Assembly (NCBI GenBank): GCA_964016885.1
Contig: OZ024743.1
Coordinates: 352,222,001-352,286,000 of the forward strand
Source: Eledone cirrhosa
Taxonomy: Eukaryota
Length of the DNA: 64,000 nucleotides
Reading direction: 5' to 3'
Part shown: in pieces, positions 11,732 to 22,236 of the stretch
How positions within the stretch are numbered: position 1 is the first letter of the stretch
Layout: every line of letters begins with the position of its first letter
Notes under the pieces: model-generated
Databases searched by the model: none
Told to the model about the DNA's origin: nothing
The model's input: the letters and a program-made list of their open reading frames with translations, nothing else
Program-made: the position numbers and the translations under genes

Positions 11732-12287
11732 CTATTAATGTGCAATAAAAGCAAAATATAACGACATTGCTCAATTATTTTATCTAATGTTGTAATAACA
11801 CAAGGAAATGTTGTTTGTGTATTTTTTTTTATATTTGCTCATAGGCTTTTACAATTTCGCTCAGCCAACAACTATTAAAAAGTGAGTTGCTTAAGATAAC
11901 AATTTAATCACAAATTGTTGCTATCTTTTAATACACTCCAACAAGTCATCAAATTATGTACAATAAAAACAAATCTTATTAATTTGCTCAGGGAATATAA
12001 AGAAAATGTATATACACTGATAATTGCAATTGTATGTAAATATTTTGTTTATGTATTGTATATTTTATGTTTTCTATTATGTATAATATATTGATTTAAT
12101 ATTGATTGTTTTTTGTAGTTGTTTATATTAAAAGTCTGAAAATATTTTTATACATCTTACACTAATATTTATAAGATAATTTATAATAACAATTACATAA
12201 TCTAATTACATTACAACGATAATTTATTATTAATATATATCCTGTTTAACTAGAGTTATTACAAGCGTTGCCTTAAAAAAATATTAA

Positions 12288-13244
12288 ACTAGACATGAAA
12301 AATGCGCAAGCTCAAAAGTGCCACAGAATGTTATAATAAACCTTCAAAAGTGTGGGACTAGAGTTGTTGCTAAAAAATATTGTAATCATTATATATCGTA
12401 CATTCTGTGGCATCCTTTATAAAAATAGCTTAAACCAACGAAGCCTTTATTTTTACGCTATTTCACTTAGTTAATTCTTAGAGTGTAACATATAAAAATA
12501 AATACATCTATGTTTAATGTAATAACAGCTATAAATAATTACGTAATATTATTATCATATACTCATAGTAACAAAATAATTGTGTTGAAACTTAATATGA
12601 TGCTTATATGAACGATCAAATCTATAATGATAATTTCTTAAATATACTAATAGTAAAATAATTTAGTTATCTATTGTTACATTTTCATAGAACTATAATA
12701 TTAACAATCGTATTGCATTATCAAATTTTTATCACTACAAACTTTCATATTGGAATTACCTTAAGCCACTTATTATTACTTCGCTTTCGTACTTTTACAG
12801 CTGTAGATATTGCGCTGTATCTTATATCTAATATCAATATCTCGTGGTAATTTGCATGAAGTGTAAAATAGGTTTATTAATAACTTTAATATGAAATGTA
12901 TTATACAGGGCTGCGGAGTCGGCCAAAAATTGACTGGCTCCAACTCAGGATCCGATACTCCATTATTTCCTAAATTTCAGCTCCGCAGCTCTGTTATTAT
13001 ATTAATTAATTTATTTTATAGTTGTAAATCATATTTTTATATGTTACACTCTAAGAATTAACTAAGTGAAATAGCGTAAAAATAAAGGCTTCGTTGGTTT
13101 AAGCTATTTTTATAAAGGATGCCACAGAATGTACGATATATAATGATTACAATATTTTTTAGCAACAACTCTAGTCCCACACTTTTGAAGGTTTATTATA
13201 ACATTCTGTGGCACTTTTGAGCTTGCGCATTTTTCATGTCTAGT
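12288..13244. mobile_element. Non-coding element with ~213-bp perfect terminal inverted repeats (copy 2 40364-41320)
   Basis: 12288-12500 is the reverse complement of 13032-13244; termini actagac...gtctagt; no clear TSD. Confidence 0.75.
12906..12993. mobile_element. 88-bp hAT-type MITE nested in the long-TIR element (copy 2 40982-41069)
   Basis: TIRs cagggctgcggag / ctccgcagctctg; 8-bp flanks gtattata / ttattata (7 of 8 match). Confidence 0.75.
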
Positions 13245-13412
13245 ATATATATGTGTGTATATATTGACAGAACTATAGGGACATATTAATTTGTCCATTT
13301 TTTCTTTCAGACACATACACATACACAGACACACATTGGACACAACCATCCACAACCATCTGATGGTTGTGTATGGTTGTGTTTAGAAACATTTTGATGA
13401 CACCCCCATTAG

Positions 13413-13462
<50 letters not shown>

Positions 13463-13830
13463 ATATCTCCCCCCCCCCCCCTCTCTTGCTGCCATACCAA
13501 TTCATCGCATCAATAGAAGTTTAGTAAATACATTTTTAATAATACTTTTGCAAGCAAACACGTATACACATCATACCTTTATAATCAAAAATATATAATA
13601 ATTATTTAAAATAACATAACAGGGGTCGACGTCCTGTTCAATAGGCCGTCCTCGTCAGAGTATTTCTCATTTAAAAAAGTATAATTTAATATGTAACTAT
13701 CAAGCAATGACCATGCTGTGAATTATGTTTCAGAGCCATTCAATTGTCATATTTACAGGTGAGACAGGTTTTCTTTGTCACACACACACGCATATATATA
13801 CACACACACCTTACCACCCGGCCCACACCC

Positions 13831-13960
13831 CACCTCTTCACCATAGACATTAAATCCCTCTAAACAGTCATTCCCTACGCCGACAGCCTACGCGCCCTCC
13901 GGCACTACCTCGACCTTCGTCCCTCCCCCGTCCCCTCGACCCCACCTCCTCTGCCTCGTC
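13831..13960 (+). pseudogene. Short PLE RT fragment, Neptune-like (copy 2 41905-42034)
   Basis: Manual translation HLFTIDIKSL*TVIPYADSLRALRHYLDLRPSPVPST resembles the PLE motif D(V/I)xSLYTxIP; C-rich composition unlike its flanks; not in the ORF track. Confidence 0.65.
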
Positions 13961-14200
13961 TTCCTGTCTTCCTCCAGTTGCAACGTTTTTCGAAATATTT
14001 ACTCCTGCGTTCACAGATTGATTTTTTTAGTTTCAGATCCCGTTATGGGTGAAAGCAGCGATTCTTTGCTTAAACTTTAATCTGTTATTTTAATAAATAT
14101 TTGCTCTACGGTACTTATATATTTGATATATATTTATCCTTATCGAGCCCTCTTTGGATTTTAGTCTTCAAATTTATTATTATTACTATATATATAATAT

Positions 14201-15070
14201 TTCCAAATTGAAGGATGAGTATTTAAAACTTTATTTTATCATGAGTTAAGGCTCTATTGATTTTTCCCTGGATTTCACTAAATTCTGTTGGATGAATCTA
14301 TATCCTGATTCTTTTTGAATTGAGTTTGAATTATTTTTCCCGCATCTTACGTTAACTATTTTCCCATTTTGACGCTATAGTCACTTATATATTATGAAAT
14401 ACTGTGTGCTCCTTGCTCATAATAATTTCTATACTTTTCATTTATATTTATACTCGGATTTCTTTCCTAGAGTGCTTAAATTATTTGTGACTAATCCTGA
14501 TCTTTTTTTAAAAAAACCGCGATAATATTGCTTTTTCTGAACTCCTTATTGTAGAGTTTTTTTCGGAATGTTTGTGACTGTTATTTCATGTAAACAAACA
14601 TATGTCTCATTCTGACGTCACCAGCCCTGTCTCCACATGTGCGTTTTATTTTCATAATTACGCATGATGTTGAACTAGCCTGCTTTTAAATTCCCTTTCT
14701 GGCATATTATAATCAGTGAGATTTTGGTTATCGTGTTGAGCTCTGCTGATGATCTAATCCAACCGTGACCATCGCCACTGAAAGTTTCGTGAAATAGTTT
14801 TTTCAAGACTATACAGAGCATTTGTAGTTTTTCCAAATTGAAGGATGAATATTTTAAACTTTATTTTATCATGAGTTAAGGCTCTATTGATTTTTTCCCT
14901 GGATTTCACTAAATTCTGTTAGATGAATCTATATCCTGATTCTTTTTGAATTGAGTTTGAATTATTTTTCCCACATCTTACGTTAACTATTTTCCCATTT
15001 TGACGCTATAGTCACTTATATATTATGAAATACTGTGTGCTTCTTGTTCATAATAATTTCTATACTTTTC

Positions 15071-15076
<6 letters not shown>
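14201..15076 (+). repeat. 630-bp monomer plus ~245-bp partial tandem copy ending in (TA)n, containing an HHR (copy 2 ~42275-43150)
   Basis: ttccaaattgaaggatga...tatacttttcatttatat occurs at 14201-14448 and 14831-15076. Confidence 0.85.
14740..14819 (+). ncRNA. Type I hammerhead motif, family C (copy 2 42814-42893)
   Basis: gctctg CTGATGA [38 nt] GAAA tagtttt ttc aagacta TA cagagc; perfect 6-bp stem I and full stem III; stem II pairs poorly. Confidence 0.65.
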
Positions 15077-15140
<64 letters not shown>

Positions 15141-15144
<4 letters not shown>

Positions 15145-17220
15145 TTTATATCGTGATGACTGTCTTCTTCTTTCCACTAATCTTAGCCTATCAGCAATTG
15201 AAAAAAATAAAAAACTTATTAGAACTTTCCTCAAAGACTATTACAATCTCACTATTACATTTGAAAACACCAGTAAAATAGTCAATTTCCTAGATATAAC
15301 TTTAGACTTGTCTACGGGAATCTACCAACCTTACCATAAACCTGACCAAAATTTACATTACATACACTCACAATCCAGTCACCCTAGATCTATCCTTAAA
15401 AACCTAGCATATAATATCTCACTCAGAATCTTTAACCTTTCATCTTAAACAAATTAGTCTATATACCTTGCACCAATAATACTTCAAACATACAACCCAA
15501 TATTACCAACAAACACCAAATGAAAAACCCACACCTAAATGCTACTCATACTACACCCAAAAATACCAACCTAAAACTTAATTTCTCTACCTCTTCTCAC
15601 ATAAAATATAATGACTTTCAAAAAACCATTCATCCTAATAATACTCCAATATATGTTAACAACATTACTAACAAAATTCCTAATAATCAGACTAAAACAC
15701 CTAAATCAGTCAATCTAACTAAACCTATATATAATAAATTCACTAATAGTAACTCTCTTAGTAAACATCCTGATACATCGTATAAATATTTTTAAAAAAT
15801 ATCGAAACCGTAATAGACGGGTTACTTGGTATAATGCTCCATTTAATCTACGAATTAAAGATAATATCCTTAAAAAGTTTTTTACTATCCTAGAGAAAAA
15901 CTTCCCGCCAAACCATAAATACCATCAAATTTTAAATAGATCAACTGCCAAATTTTCATACTCCACTACCAAAAATATACAACAAAATATAAGTGCGTAC
16001 AACACATATAAATGTTAAAAAAAATCAAATATACCACTAACACATCAAACCAACCATAATACTAAAATAAACCGCAACAAACCACCATCTCCTTCACCTG
16101 TAACAAGTCGAGTAACTCCCCTGATATAATATTCACGAGTGGTTGTAACTGTAGAATCAAAAGAAATTGCCCATTAAAAGGAAATTGTCTTATTAATAAC
16201 ATAGTCTATAAATGTAAAATTAGCACTAAGGACTCCACTTATTCATATATAGGAGCTATGTCTAACCAATTTAAAGTAACATAGTTTTAAAAATGCTGCA
16301 TTAGCTAATACAACATCCTTGGCTGAAACAATTAATAATTATAGAAAGAAGAATATCGATTACAACCTGACCTGGAGTGTGCTCAAAAGGGCCACCCCTT
16401 ATCAAAATAACAGATACGAGTGTAGACTATGCTCCCAGGAACTTTTTGAAATCATGAACTCTAAGGATATCCTATTAAATAAGCGACAGGAATTAATTAT
16501 ATCTTGTAATCATAGAATTAGAAGAACCTTCAAATATTATAAACCTAATTAATATACACCTTACACTTATATTTTAAATATTATTATAATTAGTTTTTTA
16601 ATTTAGTTAACCTATAATTAGTACTTTACTACAGAGAACTTCATAATTTTATTTCCCTCTTACAGCTCTCTTTTCCGAAAAATTATTACCTAAAAGTATA
16701 CCTATAAATTAATTTAATTTGCTGTTATGAATCTAGATTCCTTGTAGTTTATATAAGATTGGTATTTCTCACTACTACCCCTATCCCTATAACATCAAAT
16801 TTTCGTGTACCTTTCACTGGCTTGATCTCTTTTCATCCCCAAAGTATTCTTTTCATTCAAAGTATTCTTTTCATTCAAAACATAAGTCTGCACTCCTCTA
16901 CCCCTAAATTAAATTTCTACTACTACTATTCTATCAACTTGACCTCTAACTACTTTTCTATTGGTCAATTCAAAACCTGTTCCCAAGCAGACCTTTTATA
17001 TTAAATCTTTGTTGGTTTTTGTTTCAATAAACAAATTTCATCATTTCTGAAGACAGCATATATATGTGAAGGTATGTATATTTCCTCTGATAGTTTGTAA
17101 TATTTTTACATAGATCTATATGATATACATACCAACACACATATACATCCTAGAAACGATCGTAAAATGATGAATTTTTTAATATAAGGAACTTGTTCTT
17201 TGTTTTTATTTCATTGCTTT
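15141..17220 (+). mobile_element. Second, decayed Naiad-like PLE with HHR in its 3' pLTR (copy 2 ~43223-45300)
   Basis: Manual translation: LYRDDCLL (~15146), VNFLDITLDLSTGIYQPYHKP...SSHPRSILKN (~15281), RRVTWYNAPFN, GCNCRIKRNCPLKGNC...IVYKC...SYIG (~16141-16255); ORF 16319-16552 CRLCSQE...LLNKRQEL...CNH; stops and frameshifts. Confidence 0.88.
17037..17174 (+). ncRNA. Type I hammerhead motif with ~100-nt stem II, family D (copy 2 45119-45256)
   Basis: ttcatcattt CTGAAGA [long hairpin including ggtatgtatat/atatacatacc] GAAA cgatcg TA aaatgatgaa; 10-bp stem I, palindromic ACGATCGT. Confidence 0.85.
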
Positions 17221-17314
17221 TATTAATTTATATATATATATATAGTTATGTAATATCCACACATGCACACACGCACATATACATACACATACACATATAC
17301 ACACACATACACAT

Positions 17315-17373
<59 letters not shown>

Positions 17374-17583
17374 CATACATACACACATACATACACGTAC
17401 AAATACACATACACACAAATACACAAACGCACACACACACATATATATATATATATGTATGTAATTGCGTGTGTGTGTGCATGTGTGTTTATTTTTCCTT
17501 TCCTTCTTCCTTTTCCAGCCTCACTTTCATATAGATTATATATTTGTTTTTAAAATCTAATGTCAATAAATACACCAGGATTT

Positions 17584-17644
17584 TTTCATTCTGATAATTG
17601 AAAGCAAAATTTGTTTGCTTTCAAGAAACCACTGGTAAATGAAA
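17584..17644 (+). ncRNA. Hammerhead-like motif, family E, variant core CUGAUAA (inverted copy 17915-17975; single copy 45621-45681 in unit 2)
   Basis: tttcatt CTGATAA ttgaaagcaaa atttg tttgctttcaa GAAA cc act gg TA aatgaaa; 11-bp perfect stem II; G8 replaced by A. Confidence 0.7.
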
Positions 17645-17669
17645 TAATTGCCTTATGTTGTTTATTACA

Positions 17670-17747
<78 letters not shown>

Positions 17748-17803
17748 CATACATACACACATACATACACATACAAATACACATACACACAAATACACAA
17801 ACG

Positions 17804-17889
<86 letters not shown>

Positions 17890-18282
17890 TGTAATAAACA
17901 ACATAAGGCAATTATTTCATTTACCAGTGGTTTCTTGAAAGCAAACAAATTTTGCTTTCAATTATCAGAATGAAAAAATCCTGGTGTATTTATTGACATT
18001 AGATTTTAAAAACAAATATATAATCTATATGAAAGTGAGGCTGGAAAAGGAAGAAGGAAAGGAAAAATAAACACACATGCACACACACACGCAATTACAT
18101 ACACACACATATATACATACACATATATATACATATATATATATATATGCATACATACACATATACATACACGTACAAATACACATACATATACATATAC
18201 ATACATACACACACACATATATATCAACATATCTATACATAGATACACACAAATACACAAGCACAGACACATGTATATATTT

Positions 18283-18455
18283 CTCTCTAAGGCGGGTAAA
18301 ATTCCCGAGATCCATGGACGAGTTCTCTTCAGCGGTCTCTGTCCATCATTATCGCTGCCATGTCCTGCGTCTCCACCAGACCAGTGTCTGTCCTTAGGGC
18401 ATCAACATACGTTAACCTTGGTCTTCCTCTTCTAGTGTGTCCATGTAGGGGCATA
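18283..18455 (-). mobile_element. 3' fragment of a different RTE-like LINE (copy 2 ~45989-46161)
   Basis: PLHGHTRRGRPRLTYVDALRTDTG...MMDRDR resembles the RTE C-terminal RGRPxxT(W/Y)xD...DR motif. Confidence 0.65.
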
Positions 18456-18461
18456 TATATA

Positions 18462-18990
18462 TATATATGTGTAGAAGTTATATTTAACTTGTTGGGATAC
18501 AACAAGCAACAAATTATTGGAGTAAAAATACAATATATTAACAAATGGAAACTATATTTATAAAACCATATTTATTTCATTATACATATTTCAGGGATAT
18601 CATATTAACAATATGTTATGCCTTCCTCAGACAAAATACAATATAGACAGTTTTATAGATAAATAGATTTGACATACCGTTCAACATCGACTTGTATTTG
18701 AAAAAGTTGATTTAGCAGATCAACTTTTTCAAATACAAGTCGATGTTGAACGGTATGTCAAATCTATTTATCTATAAAACTGTCTATATTGTATTTTGTC
18801 TGAGGAAGGCATAACATATTGTTAATATGATATCCCTAAAATATGTATAATGAAATAAATATGGTTTTATAAATATAGTTTCCATTTATTTAATATCGTA
18901 AATATACTCCAAATACTTGTTGAGTGCTTTTATATCAGTTATAAATATTTACTAGTTGTAACCCAACAATTTAAATATAACTTTCCATAT
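18462..18990. repeat. Fold-back, ~250-bp arms, with HHR family F in each arm (copy 2 ~46168-46696)
   Basis: Centre ~18714 (aaaagttgatttagcagatcaactttt). Minus HHR 18573-18638: tattttgt CTGAGGA aggcataacatattgttaatatgatatccct GAAA tatgta TA atgaaata; the plus copy 18792-18857 has GAAA changed to AAAA. Confidence 0.88.
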
Positions 18991-19145
18991 ATATATATAT
19001 ATATATATATGTAGATAAATCTACCAAGAGTTTACGGTAGTGTCCAATCCGTATGAAGAACTCAATGTAATCCGGATATCATGGAAAGAAGAGATGCAAT
19101 GAAAAATCACTTTCGGTGAAAGATAAACGGAATACAGAGTCAAGA

Positions 19146-19575
19146 TAAAATATAAAAAAAATAATGAATAAAACAATGAAACAGTTCCTTATATTAAACA
19201 AAAAAAGTTCATTATTTAACGATCGTTTCTGGGATATATATGTGTTAGAATTGGCATGTATATTTAACAGATCTATGTACAAAATTATACAAAATTATAC
19301 AAACTATCAAAATTAAATATACATACCAACTCATATATATGCCGTCTTCAGAAATAAAATTATAATAATGATTATTTCTGAAGACGGCATATATATGAGT
19401 TGGTATGTATATTTAATTTTGATAGTTTGTATAATTTTGTATAATTTTGTACATAGATCTGTTAAATATACATGCCAATTCTAACACATATATATCCCAG
19501 AAACGATCGTTAAATAATGAACTTTTTTTGTTTAATATAAGGAACTGTTTCATTGTTTTATTCATTATTTTTTAA

Positions 19576-19584
<9 letters not shown>
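19146..19584. repeat. Fold-back, ~210-bp arms, with family-D-related HHR in each arm (copy 2 ~46852-47290)
   Basis: Centre ~19363; plus HHR 19371-19518 attattt CTGAAGA cggcatatatatg...catatatatccca GAAA cgatcg TT aaataat; minus copy 19211-19356. Confidence 0.88.
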
Positions 19585-19673
<89 letters not shown>

Positions 19674-19678
19674 CATAA

Positions 19679-19830
19679 TTGTATCTACTTTAGGCACAAG
19701 GCCAGCAATTAACCAGTGCATTACAGGTACTTTATTTTATCGACCCCGTAAGGATGAAAGGCAAAGTCAACCTCGGAGGGATTTGAACTCAGATCGTAAA
19801 GGGACGTAACTATGCTGCCAATCCACCGCC
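19679..19830 (-). mobile_element. tRNA-derived SINE (copy 2 ~47373-47524)
   Basis: Reverse complement of the 7384-7560 family (ttttatcgaccccgtaaggatgaaaggcaaagtcaacctcgg). Confidence 0.8.
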
Positions 19831-20193
19831 CTATATATACATACACATAATCATACATATATACACACGTACATACACACATATACATACACACATATAT
19901 ACACGCATACATATGCATACACAAATATAGATATATGTACACACACCTACATACGCACACACACAATTAATTATAAGAAAAAATATGATAATAAAAATAT
20001 CGTCACATAAGAATAAAAATAAATGTAAAAATTATTATAAAGTTGACAGCGATACAGGCAACAAATAAATGAACAAACACACGTGGTAAGCAATACACAC
20101 AATTGCACATACACATACATACATAAAAATAAATACATACACACACACAAACATACATATGCATATATACATACATACACATATACATACACG

Positions 20194-20230
<37 letters not shown>

Positions 20231-20331
20231 GCACATACATATACACACACACATACATATAAATACATACACACACATGTATGTGTTTAAAACTCATTCT
20301 TAGATGTATTCATTGAATCTTGTTTAACTCT

Positions 20332-20397
<66 letters not shown>

Positions 20398-20402
<5 letters not shown>

Positions 20403-22111
20403 TGAAACAAAATGAAAACGAAATTTCATTTCTCACTCTTAGTATGGCACTTACTTAAATGTAAGTATGCATGTATACGTACATACATATATGTATACAG
20501 ACGTACAGTAGCATGCACATATATATATATATATACATATATATATACATATGCATACAGGTACACATACATATATGCACGTATCAGTTTAGCGGCGCTA
20601 ACATCGCTTTGTTCGTTTGTAAACAAACTGAACAGCCTGAATTTATGCCATACGGTGTTAAGGCAACCACGTCACCTTTTTGTTCAACACTGACACAGGA
20701 ACGATGTACTAGTTTCAAGCTTGTTAGCTATCATCAGCACCGTTTACCCATCTGCCAGATAGTTGAACGTTCGAAAGTATATACTTTCCTTATGAAAATT
20801 AACGGCTGAGCAGCCTAATTTGCATATTGAGTGAGTTAAATCGGTCAGGCATACCGAAAACGATAAATTGAAACAAAATGAAAACGAAATTTCATTTCTC
20901 ACTCTTAGTATGGCACTTACTTAAATGTAAGTATGCATGTATACGTACATACATATATGTATACAGACGTACAGTAGCATGCACATATATATATATATAT
21001 ACATATATATATACATATGCATACAGGTACACATACATATATGCACGTATCAGTTTAGCGGCGCTAACGTCGCTTTGTTCGTTTGTAAACAAACTGAACA
21101 GCCTGAATTTATGCCATACGGTGTTAAGGCAACCACGTCACCTTTTTGTTCAACACTGACACAGGAACGATGTACTAGTTTCAAGCTTGTTAGCTATCAT
21201 CAGCACCGTTTACCCATCTGCCAGATAGTTGAACGTTCGAAAGTATATACTTTCCTTATGAAAATTAACGGCTGAGCAGCCTAATTTGCATATTGAGTGA
21301 GTTAAATCGGTCAGGCATACCGAAAACGATAAATTGAAACAAAATGAAAACGAAATTTCATTTCTCACTCTTAGTATGGCACTTACTTAAATGTAAGTAT
21401 GCATGTATACGTACATACATATATGTATACAGACGTACAGTAGCATGCACATATATATATATATATACATATATATATACATATGCATACAGGTACACAT
21501 ACATATATGCACGTATCAGTTTAGCGGCGCTAACGTCGCTTTGTTCGTTTGTAAACAAACTGAACAGCCTGAATTTATGCCATACGGTGTTAAGGCAACC
21601 ACGTCACCTTTTTGTTCAACACTGACACAGGAACGATGTACTAGTTTCAAGCTTGTTAGCTATCATCAGCACCGTTTACCCATCTGCCAGATAGTTGAAC
21701 GTTCGAAAGTATATACTTTCCTTATGAAAATTAACGGCTGAGCAGCCTAATTTGCATATTGAGTGAGTTAAATCGGTCAGGCATACCGAAAACGATAAAT
21801 TGAAACAAAATGAAAACGAAATTTCATTTCTCACTCTTAGTATGGCACTTACTTAAATGTAAGTATGCATGTATACGTACATACATATATGTATACAGAC
21901 GTACAGTAGCATGCACATATATATATATATATACATTCAGGCTGTTCAGTTTGTTTACAAACGAACAAAGCGACGTTAGCGCCGCTAAACTGATACGTGC
22001 ATATATGTATGTGTACCTGTATGCATATGTATATATATATGTATATATATATATATATGTGCATGCTACTGTACGTCTGTATACATATATGTATGTACGT
22101 ATACATGCATA

Positions 22112-22113
<2 letters not shown>
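20398..22113 (-). repeat. 466-bp HHR-bearing tandem array (3 monomers + partial, then inverted partial 21936-22113); absent from unit 2
   Basis: ORF echoes at 20412, 20878, 21344, 21810 give period 466; HHRs on minus at 20700-20744, 21166-21210, 21632-21676; (TA)n on both sides; homologous to the 420-bp monomer. Confidence 0.93.
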
Positions 22114-22160
<47 letters not shown>

Positions 22161-22236
22161 ATATATATACATATAAATGTATATATATATACATATACAC
22201 ACACACATATATATATAAGAAAATACATAAATATTA

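Noticed and set aside
13725-13765. Possible micro-exon (tttcag|agccattcaattgtcatatttacag|gtgaga)
   Set aside because: Splice-like motifs alone, with no partner exons or protein similarity; expected by chance.
17193-18397. Many ORFs rich in YI/HT/CV dipeptides (also ~4063-4414, 19721-20297, 24151-24755 and copies)
   Set aside because: Translations of (TA)n/(CA)n/(TG)n microsatellites; not proteins.
20412-21741. Repeated 93-aa and 112-aa ORFs in the 466-bp array
   Set aside because: Low complexity, no domain, and the frame is not shared with the homologous 420-bp monomer; conservation tracks base pairing instead.
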